A DNA stretch of 64,000 nucleotides from Podarcis cretensis (lineage: Eukaryota), in assembly GCA_951804945.1 (NCBI GenBank), contig OX638157.1, positions 22,134,001 through 22,198,000 of the forward strand. Direction: 5' to 3'. Below, piece by piece: positions 14,543 to 25,821 of this stretch. Both the position numbers and the translations under genes were made by a program. How positions within the stretch are numbered: position 1 is the stretch's first letter; each line of letters opens with the position of its first letter. The notes under the pieces are model-generated. The model was not told where the DNA came from. It did no database searches and saw only the letters and a program-made list of their open reading frames with translations.

Positions 14543-14710
14543 TTAGAATCAAAGAATTGTAGAGCTGGAAGGCACCCCGAGGGTCATCTAGTCCAATACC
14601 CTGCAATGTAGGAACCACAGCATTCGGTCCCTCATCCCATCTGAAACTATACTGGACCCTGCTTAGCTTTGAAAATGTGCTAGCAGTTTCACTGCTGCAC
14701 CACTAGGATG
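14543..14710 (-). mobile_element. Short retroposon: 5S rRNA-like segment fused to a CR1 3' tail
   Basis: Minus strand has aagctaagcagggtc (identical to the 5S rRNA box A region)..gatggga..gacc..tgctgtgg, then cattgcagggtattggactagatgaccctcggggtgccttccagctctacaattctttgattcta (CR1 tail). Confidence 0.6.
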
Positions 14711-14725
14711 ATAAAAAGCAAATTT

Positions 14726-14790
14726 TTCCCATACAAGAGACTGAACCTGGGCCACCTGCATGAAAACCAGGAATCCTAACTGATAGCACA
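14726..14790 (-). pseudogene. tRNA-Glu(TTC)-derived pseudogene or SINE head
   Basis: Minus strand gttaggattcctggttttcatgcaggtggcccaggttcagtctcttgtatgggaa versus vertebrate tRNA-Glu-TTC GTTAGGATTCCTGGTTTTCACCCAGGTGGCCCGGGTTCGACTCCCGGTATGGGAA. The 5' acceptor stem is degraded. Confidence 0.75.
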
Positions 14791-17097
14791 ATTCCCCCCA
14801 AAATTCTCCGTTCTAAAATGATGTCTACTAAACCATTTGGCATTTTATAACCTTTTGAAATTTTATACCCTTAACAAATAATAATAATCATAATAATAAT
14901 CTCATGTCTATAAATGTCTTGGGCATTTAGTTCAAAATATAATACTACTGAAGTAGCCAATTGTCTTATTTTCCAGACTAATTCTTTTGAGATGCACATG
15001 GAGAAAAGCAGTGTACAGAAGGCAAAGCAGTGGGTTTTTTAAAATATAAAAATGCCGTACCTGCTGCCAACTAGGCATAATTAAAACATGATTTTTTTCA
15101 CCTGCTCAAAAGAGAAAGATGAAGGCATATTTGCAGAGAACAATTGCTGTGAAGTAACAGCTATTTTAGACTTATTTTGCAGAGTTGCTTGTTACAGGTG
15201 ACATACAGTATGTAGAAAGTGAGTCATTACAGTCCATGGTTGCTAAGAAACGGCATAGTCACAGCCCACTTATAGTAGAGAAGTCTGCCAAACAAAGTGC
15301 TACACTAGAGAATTGCCCAAAGATGCATAGATGGAATACCTGTCTTCTTGTGGCTACACTGAAATGCACCATGCAGTCTGATGATACTATACAATTAAAC
15401 TAATGAATAAGCAAAATCTTTATTTGACATGAAGTTTCAAAAACAAGACCAATGGAACCCAAAGCTTGTGGAAGTTTTCCATTGGTTTTCTAGCACCATG
15501 CTCAGGCCGAAGGGGAAAAACCCACCTGCACAGTTGTAGATAGGCAGGTAACATGCACAGGAATGTGCATACTGTTCTAAGGAATGGAAATAAAATTATG
15601 GCCAACACAACAAGCACACACTTGACTCTGAAGATCCTTCTGACCACCATACTTGGCTGACATACTTGTTGCAAAAGGACTGAACCCAAGTCCCCAGCAT
15701 CTCTGGATGTAGCTGGGAAAGGCTCCCGATCTTAAACCTTGCTAGTCCATGTGAACAGGATTAAAGTAGATAGGCCAGTGGTCTAACTCAGTATTAAGGC
15801 ACTCTCCTATATTCCTGCCATACACAAGACTAAAGTTCCTTGAAGTGCAAGCGTCTCATCCAGACCAACAAAGTGAGTATAAGAATTATTAAAGGGGGCG
15901 GGGGACGGTTACGCTAATAAATTATGGAACAAGACCTTCCGCAAGCTGCAATTGGTATTAATAAAAAGTGTGGCCTTCCCCAAACAGGTAGCCTACTAGT
16001 GCTTTGTACTGCAACATTAATCAGCCCCTGAAAGCACAGCCGGTGGCCAGAGGTAGTGGGAGTTGTAGATCAACAACATCTGGAACGCACCAGATTGGCC
16101 TGCCAAAGACTGATCTAGTCACTCAGTTCTTTACTAAGGCCTGTACCTAAAGCTCTGGTGGTTATTTTAATGCATGCTTTCTTCTTACACCAAGTGTAAA
16201 TAAATTGATATAAAAGTGTGTGTGCGTGTGTGTGTGTGTGTGTATATATGAGTTTACATGCACATGTGCATAAAGAAATGATAGCTTGGGTCCAAAGAAG
16301 AGCAAACAAAATCCTGCTTAGGAAATGTAAAATTCCCTGCAGTCTCCTGTGATTCCCCCAGTGCTGATTCACAGAGTCAGGGGACCCACCTGAATGTTCT
16401 TCAGTGTGGAACAGAAGCTGAAATCAGGGACCCGCTTTAGTGCACAGAAATGTCTTTCTGCTCGTGCTAGGACACCACTGGAGCCAAGCGAATGTAGATT
16501 ACGTAGCCTTACATACACACATTATCTCCTGTTTTTCATATCAATTGTTTTGACTACGGTTATTAATAACATTTTTAAAAACCCAGGGAAACAGCCAGGC
16601 TCAACCAAAATCCCTTTAAGTGTAGACTAGCACATGCAGGATTACATCTGGAAAAGCTGATTACAACTTCCTGACCTCCATCAGTGGAATTTGCTTTTGA
16701 ACTTAGTGTCCCACCCAAGTTTGTTCCATAAGCTTCCAAGCAGTGTGTTGACAGATTTTGCTTTTATTAGATATTGAACAAAGAACAACTACACTCCATT
16801 GAAAAGCCATTATAGGAACAATTAATTCAGCAGAAAGCATCACTGGAAACACTGAACAACAGATCCCTCCCCAAAAGTACCATGCTGTAATGGAAAATGC
16901 CACTGTTCTGTTAAGGTTTAGGTGAATATACAAGTACTGAATAGAAGAACTGCATAAAGCCAATAGCCCATCTAGTGCAACATCATCTAGTCAACCATAG
17001 ATAGATGGGAAGCCTGCAAGCAGGACCTGAGCACAACGGCACTCTCCCCATTTATGATTCCCAGCAACTGATATTCAGGGACATACTGCTTTCAATC

Positions 17098-17890
17098 TTC
17101 TCCTGCATGAGATGAGAGGCTCTGGTGGATTGAGAGAATGAGACCAATAGTGGGTCCAGTGGTAAAGAATGAGGTCACTGCAAATGTTGTAGAGGGAAAT
17201 GAGGGGCAGATGGGGCTCGTCAATCTGGGAAGGTAGCCCATCTAGGAGAAGAAGCACTCTGATCCTAAACTTTGTAGCTATACTCATTTGTGAGAAAGGT
17301 GAACCCAGAGGAAAAATCCATACCTGCTGCCTTGTGGGGCATCTTCAGAAGAAGAAAAGGCTAAGGAGAACAGTGGTACCTCGGGTTAAGAACTTAATTC
17401 ATTCTGGAGGTCTGTTCTTAACTTGAAACTGTTCTTAACCTGAGGTACCACGTTAGCTAATGGGGCCTCCCACTGCCGTCGCGCCACCAGAGTACGATTT
17501 CTGTTCTTATCCTGAGGTAAAGTTCTTAACCTGGGGTACTATTTCTGGATTAGCGGAGTCTGTAACCTGAAGCGTCTGTAACCTGAGGTACCACTGTAAA
17601 CCCTAAACAAATCCAGAATGGAGTCCCTAATACCGTTGGATGGCAGCTTGTGTCTTCCTTCTGTCAACTCCCGCAGCCAAGCTGGTGCCAAATGTATTGC
17701 TCTGCTTTCCTTTGGACCACATCAGTGAAGCCGAGGAGGGGCGGGTCTTGTCATCTGGGCAGCCCAGGACTTCCATACACATTGCCAAGGCTTGCTCCCT
17801 GGGGAGGTCACTTCGGTGCTGGTAAAGTTTGACTTCACCCCCGGAGGCACACTCCATTGTCTCTTGAGAGACACAGATGCCAACTCCCTT
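17098..17890 (+). mobile_element. RTE-like non-autonomous or 5'-UTR-derived repeat
   Basis: Contains a ctaggagaagaagcactctgatcctaaac motif resembling RTE 5' UTRs. Its 3' part (17748-17885) recurs at 23471-23670. Confidence 0.55.
17371..17596. mobile_element. Tc1/mariner (Tigger-like) MITE, complete
   Basis: TIRs cagtggtacctc(g)ggtta / taacctgaggtaccactg, with TA on the right flank (AA on the left) and internal ttcttaacctga repeats. Confidence 0.9.
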
Positions 17891-17982
17891 CAAAAGTGAA
17901 GGTAGAGCATGGTCATCGTGGCCAATAGCCAATGATAGCTTTATCCTCCATAAACTTGTCAAATCTTCTTTTAAAGTCACCC

Positions 17983-18195
17983 TGGGAAAGACCCTGGTGT
18001 TGGGAAAGATGGAGGGCACAAGGAGAAGGGGATGACACAGGACAAGATGGTTGGACAGTGTTCTCAAAGCTACCAACATGAGTTTGACCAAGCTGCGGGA
18101 GGCAGTGGAAGACAGGAGTGCCTGGCGTGATCTGGTCCATGGGGTCATGAAAAGTCGGAAACAACTAAACGACTAAACAACAACAGCAGCAACAA
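17983..18195 (+). mobile_element. BovB (RTE) LINE 3' end, 5'-truncated
   Basis: gaaagaccctggtgttgggaaagatggagggcacaaggagaagggga..gcctggcgtg..gtccatggggtca..gactaaacaacaac with a (CAA)n tail. Confidence 0.9.
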
Positions 18196-19591
18196 CATTG
18201 CTCTAGGCTCCTTTTGAAGGAAGAGAAGTATATGAACTCTAAAATTAAATAAAAGATTTCCTAGGGTTTTCACTTTGGGGTCATTTAATAACATCCTGGG
18301 AATCTCCTTCAAGGGGTCTGCCTCAGGGCAGAGAATATTTGTCTCCTTATTAAATCCTGGCTGCACTTGAAGAGGTTCACACAGCAGGGTTTTGTCCCAC
18401 CCTCCCACTCCCTTTAAGACTCTGGAAAGCTTTCCTATAAAAGCTCGTGTCCTAAGTAGGAGTTACTGCAGGATTTGATAACAAAATTGCTCTCCCACGA
18501 GAAATTGTCCTCTTCAGCAACAATCCATATTTAAATACCGCACATCTTCCAGAACAGCACACCAACCTCTTTGGTTAAGCTGGGAAAGAAATTCCCTTGC
18601 TTTCTCCTACTCACAGGCATGCCAGAAGAAGAAGGGGTGGGGGTGGGGGTAGAATCAAAGCTTCATCCCACAGAGCCATATGTACTGGACTCTGCAACTT
18701 CAAATGAATTTCTTTCAACCTCTTCGAGAAAAAATAGCCTAAAGCACTTTGAAACGTCCCCAAAACAATCCTCCTTAACAGCACTGAAGCCCAGCTCTTT
18801 TGTGATTTGCCAAATGCAGGGGGGGGGTGCCCCCTTTCTTTTCTTTTCCTTTTTGGTACAGAATAACCACAGTGCTGTGACATTCAAGCCATGTTACAAT
18901 CGTTACCTGTAGCTTAATACAAGTGTTCTATGCACATTTACTTTGTATTTGAAAAGAAACAGTTTCCTGGCTCCTGATGTTTCAGGCACCATGGTGGCTC
19001 CATTTAAAAGCTAAATGTTTGACATTTTACAGCTCAGAAAAGGTTTGGGAAAATGTAAGCTAATTACACAGGTCCAACTGTACCTAGTTAAACTCCCACT
19101 GAGCGTTCCAGGAGTGTGTGGGCAGTTCTGTGTAGGTAGGAGTAAAGTTGTTGCTGATTTCACCACGGCACAGCACGAGCTATGCAACCTTCTTATGACT
19201 TAGCTGTTCAACCATTTTATTTGAATATCTCAATCAGCAATGAGGAAACAACTTGGAAAGACAACAGAATAATGGTTCCAGGCTACAAAAGAACACAAAA
19301 CTCCTACCCCTGTACAGCATCTTTACAAAATAAATGAAAGAAGCACATTTTTGCCTCTGAGTCACGTTTCATAGCTACGTGAACACAGCAACTTTCTTTG
19401 CAATTTCCTCCATGGGTCTTATTTCCTTACTCTATTATTCTTGTGATCACCTCCTCTCCGATACAAGGCAACCAAGGTCTTCGGGTTGCTATGCTGATTA
19501 AGTGACTTCAGCTTCCATTCTTGTTTTCCATGTACAAGGACTATCTGTAGATTCATTTCTCAGCACACAGTGTGTGTCTCATCACCAAGCC

Positions 19592-20047
19592 CATGGGTCG
19601 GCAAACTAGGGGCCGCGGGCTGGATCAGGCCCAATTGCTTTCTGGATCCGGCCCGCGGATGGTCCGGGGATCGCTGCGTGGATAGCCAATGGGCACTTTC
19701 CTTCCCTCTCCCTTACACGGCGGCGGTGGTGCCTCCTCCCTCCCTCCTCCTGGCTTCTCCCCGCTCTGCCTAGAGGAGGAAGGGGGCTGGGCTTTGTTGG
19801 TGCCAGCTGCAGCAGTGCTCGAGCGGCCACCATTTTAAGCAGCTCCTCTCCAGAGCCCTTTCGTGCGCCGCTCATCGTCCCTCCATCGCCGCTGCCAGCC
19901 CCTGCTGCTCGCAAGACACAGGTAAGCAGCCACTGGGGCTCATGGTGCTCTTGCATCATTTTTTCCCTTCAAAATATAGTCCGGTCCCCCCACAAGGTCT
20001 GAGGGACAGTGGACCGGCCCTCTACTGAAAAAGTTTGCTGATCCCTG
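19592..20047. mobile_element. hAT (Charlie-like) non-autonomous transposon with GC-rich interior
   Basis: TIRs catgggtcggcaaact / agtttgctgatccctg, degenerate 8-bp TSD accaagcc/accaggac, and subterminal ggccc repeats. Confidence 0.85.
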
Positions 20048-20194
20048 ACCAGGACTGTCCAGCTCGTAATGATGGGCAACACAATCTACTGGGGGAGACT
20101 TTGCACACAAACTTTCATATTTCTACAAATAAGCAAAGTAAGTCACCACTTGCTTCCTGCCATCCCCTAGCCCTCCGCAATCAGAACACAGATA

Positions 20195-20432
20195 AGGCCC
20201 ATTGATTCAAGGTACAAGAAAGGAGATTCTGACTAAACATCAGGGAGAAATTTCTGACTGTAAGAACTGTTCTGCAGTGGAACAGACTCCTTTGGAAGGT
20301 GGTAGACTCTCCTCCCTTGGAGGTTTTAAGCAGAGGTTGTATTGCCATCTGCCAGGGATGCTTCAGTGAGATTCCTGCATTGCAGGGGGTTGGAATAGAT
20401 GATCCTTCCAACTCTACGATTCTATGATTCTA
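20195..20432 (+). mobile_element. CR1 LINE 3' end
   Basis: aggagattctgactaaacatcaggg..tggaacagactc..gattcctgcattgcagggggttgga..ttccaactctacgattctatgattcta; ends in the CR1 octamer tail. Confidence 0.9.
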
Positions 20433-21132
20433 AGACAATGCGAAATTTATTGAAAGGCTCGGCATCTCAGGGTCAGCAATGTCTCAAGTACGAAGAGCAA
20501 GAGCTCAATGTGCATGATGGCTTCTATAAGCATAAGGAATAGTCAGTGTACAATAGGGAACTGCCAGGCTTAGTTCACTGCTTTTGCTAGAATCATACCC
20601 TACATTTGCCTTTGATTTAGACTGAATCCATCACCAATCTGAGGAAGCTCACAAATTATTTTTGCAACTCTGACCCAGTTCATATCCATTCATTCTAGGG
20701 GAGGAGGGAAACATGAGACACTAATGAGAACATTATCCCATAGCCTAACCTTACAGGATCTTCATTCCACAAGGTCTAACCAATTACCATGTTAGTAAGA
20801 GACGGAAAGTATTCCGCAACCACGGTTACAGAATATTATGTATGAGGAATGGCAACCACTCAATTTTCTCTATTCTCATAAAATGCTGTAATAAGCAAAT
20901 CTCAGTGACTTTTCGTTCCAGTTCTGTATCCTCCCCCACCCCCCGGCCACCCTCAATCCATTGATGCTAACACACTTAACAACTAGAATAGCAACCTGAA
21001 CTGAAAATTGGGACAAAAGGTTTAAGGAGTAAGCTCCAATAAAACCTGCAGCAGATTCATAATAATAACTTCTAAGATGTTCAGTACTTAGTACTGTTCT
21101 ACATTCCATGGGGAGTGGGAATGAACTGTATA

Positions 21133-21165
21133 CATACATACATACATACATACATACATACATAC
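21133..21165. repeat. (TACA)n microsatellite
   Basis: Direct reading. Confidence 0.95.
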
Positions 21166-22539
21166 TGCCCCCCTCACAAATCTTTTAAATACTTGAGTAA
21201 AGGCTTAACTTAGTCAACTCCTTCCCAATGGTGGTGATTCAGCAATTAGAGCTGTTCAGAATCATTTACTGGTAATATCTTATATAGGTAAAAAACCAAG
21301 ACTGAAACTAGGAAAAATATGTCATCACCTATCCAAACCCATGTCAAATCCCTACAAAGCAAAAAGGAGGTGAGATTATGTGTACCATGGGCACGGGGCA
21401 GGGGGCTTGTACCTATGCTTTTCTCACCAAAATTACTTTCAGCTCTTTTCCTTCCACTGAAGTTCCTTCTAAACCAACGTGTTCCAAATCTCAACACATT
21501 CATTGCATGTTTCCTCTCAGTGGGACTTTCCTCCAAGTTAGGTTTCATCTTCCAATTCTAATCAATCAATTTGTCTGTCAATTTCTATATGTAACAATAA
21601 TCAGTTCAATCATCCTGCTAAGCTTGTTATTTTCAAAATCACTGATTAGTAAGATTTGTTGAATGCAATGTCGTTCCTTTCTGAGTAAACATGCATAAAA
21701 TTGCAGCACTCCAATAATTTATCTGTCAATTTCTACATGTAATAACTATCATGCTAGGTAATAACCTTAGCATCTTAAACAATATAATAATAGATTGCTT
21801 TAGCATATGTAAACAAGGAGGCATTGCACCACAGGAATCTAGCTCTTTTTCTAAAGAGGATTTACTCCTTGCATTTCTATTTGTGAAAAATATTATTTTG
21901 GTCTAAGTCTCATCAACTCACCCTTCCCTTTTTTTTTGCACACGGGAAAGGAGAAGGTAATCTCTTTAAAATCATGTTTTATCTGAATCCACTTCATGGT
22001 ACTGGGACAAGTTTTGACCACGTGCAGGAATGAGGCACAAGGAAGAAACTACTGAAGGACAGAAAGCCAAGATATACCCTACCTGAAAAATATGAGAATA
22101 AGGATGAGATAAATTCTATCTTGCACCTAATTTCACAGCTGTATTGTGGATAACAAGAAGCCAATATCACACAAGATTAATAATGTAAACAGCATGGGGA
22201 GAAAATGGAACCAGCTGTATCAACTCACAATAAAACTATGTATTTTAAGTTTTTCCTTTTGTGGCAAAGAGCTGAAATGATCAAAAGCAAATTCTTCCTG
22301 TCACTGTTACCCAGCATCTAAACCCAACTACTTTATCAAGGTGCTTTAATCATTAGCTTTAGTGCAATGCAACCATATTTCATAGGAACATAATAGGCTG
22401 ACCTGTTATGCCAATCAGACCAAAGGTCCATCTACCACAGTATTGTCAACATTCCTGAAAGTGGCTTTTCAGGGTCTCAGGCAGAGGTCTTTGTTAGCCC
22501 CACCTGTAGATTCCCAAGACCCCTTCATTGTTATGGATG

Positions 22540-22624
22540 TTTTAGTTGAAATTGCTACATTGCAGGGGGTTGGACCCAATGACCCACAGGGTCCATTCCA
22601 ACTATACAATTATACGATTCTATG
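22540..22624 (+). mobile_element. CR1 3' tail fragment
   Basis: cattgcagggggttggacccaatgacccacagggtccattccaactatacaattatacgattctatg. Confidence 0.75.
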
Positions 22625-23067
22625 TCCTCTACTACTCAGCTTATGCCCCTTCACCATTCATTAGTCCATTAGAAATCAACATATACTGGAAATAGTGAGG
22701 GAGCACACTGTAGCACTGCTGGTTTGACATGCCTTCAGAGAATGCAAACCTCAGCTGTTAAAGCAGCTGCTAAACCTATCAATTTTCAGATCAGTTACAC
22801 ATAAGCAGCACAACGTAACTTGGGTTTCCCAAGCATACTGTCCCAGTAGGCTTCTACTCCTTTTTCTCATGCCCAGCCTCAACCTATGAAATCCTTTAGC
22901 TAGCTGTTCTTCAGCACCTTGCATCTTCTACTAAAAAGGTGGGGATTCAAGTCACGTGATTACTTTCCAGCAAGGATAAAGTTAAATGCATAAGATGGTA
23001 CTCAGCTAAGTTTCACTCATAGAGCCACTGAAATAAATGGACCTAACTTTGTCGTGTTCATTTATTT

Positions 23068-23391
23068 CAGGGGTAAGCAACCTAAGGCCCAGGGGGTGGA
23101 TGCGGCCCAATTGCCTTCTCAATCCGGCCTGTGGACGGTCCAGGAATCAGCGTGTTTTTACATGAATAGAATGTGTCCTTTTATTTAAAATGCATCTCTA
23201 TGTTATTTGTGGGGCCTGCCTGGTGTTTTTACATGAGTAGAATGTGTGCTTTTATTTAAAATGCATCTCTGGGTTATTTCTGGGGCATAGGAATTCGTTC
23301 ATTTCCCCAGCCCTAAAATATAGTCCAGCCCACCACATGGTCTGAGGGATGGGCAAATTGGCCCATGGCTGAAAAAGGTTGCTGACCCCTG
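23068..23391. mobile_element. hAT non-autonomous transposon (ends related to 19592-20047), nested in an older palindromic MITE
   Basis: TIRs caggggtaagcaacct / aggttgctgacccctg, perfect 8-bp TSD atttattt (23060-23067, 23392-23399), and an internal ~70-bp tandem duplication. Confidence 0.92.
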
Positions 23392-23470
23392 ATTTATTTC
23401 TACTCTGAGTAAAACTTAGTTGAATACAACCCATTCATTCCAGTAAATGCAGGGTAGGTTATAACCCGGT

Positions 23471-23670
23471 ATTGTCATCTGGGCAGCCCAGGACCTCCAT
23501 ACACACTGCCCAGGCCTGCACTCCAGAGAGGTCACTTTTGTGCTGCTAACACAGCAAAGCAACACAGGAGGCAGCAGTTACAAGTTACCGGTGTCAGCAG
23601 CCATAGCAGGCACTGTGTCTTTACCTTCAGAGGCGCACTCTATTGTCTCTCAAGACAGACCGATGCCAAC
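23471..23670 (+). mobile_element. Second copy of the 3' part of the RTE-like repeat at 17748-17885
   Basis: Shared ttgtcatctgggcagcccaggac(c/t)tccatacaca(c/t)tgcc and gaggc(g/a)cactc..attgtctct..agac..atgccaac. Confidence 0.75.
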
Positions 23671-25201
23671 AACAAAATTCCACATTCAATTCCAACTAGG
23701 AGGAAGTCGTCCCCCTCCCTCAAAGGCTCCTAAACACCAGTGACACTTCTAGGTGGGTCTGAATATATAGTATGATCCAGACAGGGATGCCCTTAACTCT
23801 GTGGCCTGCATGAAACCAGAAGAGTTCTGCAAAACAAGTGTATCAGCTTCCTCAAGAGTAATATTGAGCCAGAGAAAAACCAATGCTGATGGACATTTAC
23901 TAAACTCATTCTTGAATCTCTACTGGCCTGCCACAGTCTAGAAAAAGCAATAATGAGGGGGAAATCCTGGGATTTTTTTCTTTCTGTGCTTAACTTGCAT
24001 GTGCTAACTTGCACTGGAAAAAATGGATGCCCTAAAGAGTGATCTAATCTAGCATGCTTTATTTTACTTGTATTTAGGAAACAAAGCTAAAAACAAAGCT
24101 CCACCTATGCCAATATTCCGGATCAGTTTGTCAGCTCAAGTTAATTATTTCTACCCTGTTTTATTTCCAGGATCTGCATGACCTCTATAGCAAGGATTTC
24201 TAAAACTGTATCTCTCTAATGTCGTGGGTGCGGATCTCAATTTGTATCACCTTGCCACCTATAGCTGATTATCTCATGTTATGACTATTATCTCATGACT
24301 TGTGCTAATAAATCTTATTAGAAATATTTGCATGAAGATGGAAGTTGAAGCTGTCCAATGATAAAAATTTCAATCTGGAATGGAGCTAAACTTCTTGAAG
24401 ACCTCTGTCAGTTTCTATTTCTCAGGTCCAATAAAAGAAGCCACATGGGTTGCCATCACTTCAGCATTGTCCCTGCCCTTTTCTGCTTTGTTGGCTGATG
24501 GCTAATATGAGGTCAAACTCTAGTCCCATGATTTTTCAATTGCACATAAATTTGGAAATATAGATAAGCAGCATCCATAATTCTCTCTGCAATTTGTGGT
24601 TTGGGTTTCACAGCAGCACAGGAAAGCTTGGAAATATCACAGTGGCCAGCAGTTTTCCTCTAGTACACAACCTATTCTGATTGCAGGCTTCTTGTGGACT
24701 TTTCTTTTGGCACCTCACATTTAAGACCATGTCTATAAGTCTACTGAAAGAAGAAGCAAGCATCCAGACTTCTCAGGTTCAAAATATGGGAGAAAAGGTG
24801 AGGTGAGTTTGCAAAATAAATAAGAATTCTGCTAGTAGGATGGCCAATTATGCATCATCAAAAACGAGGAAACACATAAAAGAGAGATAATTGAAAAGCA
24901 AAAGAAGAGTCAATGGCAACAGCACTCTGCTCACTTGTAATTCCCAGCAACTGGTACTCAGAGGCACACTGGCTTTGACAGTGGAGGTAGTTTCGCATTT
25001 TTAAACGTATAGGCTAATTCAGTATAGGTGCAAATTTAGACATAATTACTATAATTTAAATAGTTACAATATATCTCATCATAATGACTTGAACCAGGTG
25101 AACTCTGTGCCTGCTAAGTCTGCGATCCAGGTGCAATTGTTGATAGGCAGCTTCAAAGCCCCATCCCATACAAATGCCTACAGATTTGCATGACCCTACA
25201 G

Positions 25202-25336
25202 CAGGCTTCCTCAACCTCGGCCCTCCAGATGTTTTTGGCCTACAACTCCCATGATCCCTAGCTAGCAGGACCAGTGGTGAGGGATTATGGGAATTGTAGT
25301 CTCAAAATGTCTGGGGGCTGAGGTTGAGGAAGCCTG
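25202..25336. mobile_element. Short palindromic hAT MITE
   Basis: TIRs caggcttcctcaacctc / gaggttgaggaagcctg, TSD ccctacag/gtctacag, and a ctacaactcccat core. Confidence 0.88.
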
Positions 25337-25473
25337 GTCTACAGATTCATACAGCAATGCTTCCCAGGGCACTTGAGGCTTCAGTTTAAAACTGCTCAGT
25401 GGCACATGGCTGCCAGGCCTTGGCTTGGCTTTAAAAAAAGGAAGACCAAAAACCATTCAGAGACCTTATTGAA

Positions 25474-25821
25474 GGGACACGGGTAGCGCTGTGGGTTAAA
25501 CCACAGAGCCTAGGAGTTGCCGATCAGGTCGGCGGTTCGAATCCCCACGATGGGGTGAGCTCCCGTTGCTCAGTCCCCGCTCCTGCCAACCTAGCAGTTC
25601 AAAAGCGCATCAAAGTGCAAGTGGATAAATAGGTACCGCTCTGGCGGGAAGGTAAACGGCATTTCCATGCGCTGCTCTGGTTCGCCAGAAGCAGCTGGGT
25701 CATGCTGGCCACATGACCCAGAAGCTGTACGCCGGCTCCCTCGGCCAATAAAGTAAGATGAGCGCCGCAACCCCAGAGTTGGTCACGACTGAACCTAATG
25801 GTCAGGGGTCCCTTTGCCTTT
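25474..25821 (+). mobile_element. Sauria/Squam1-type SINE, full length
   Basis: gggacacgggtagcgctgtgggttaaa head, ggttcgaatcc B-box, and ggtcaggggtccctttgccttt tail. Confidence 0.93.

Larger units (their letters stand above)
16940..17982 (-). mobile_element. CR1 3' end split in two (about 16940-17096 and 17893-17982) by later insertions
   Basis: gcccatctagt..gattcccagcaactg..catactgc continues as gaggtagagcat..tagccaatgatagctttatcctccataaacttgtcaaatc. The reverse translation KRRFDKFMEDKAIIGY is the CR1 ORF2 C-terminus. Confidence 0.7.

Noticed and set aside
17627-18148. Longest ORF (173 aa)
   Set aside because: It crosses three unrelated repeat fragments (antisense BovB, CR1 end, RTE-like).
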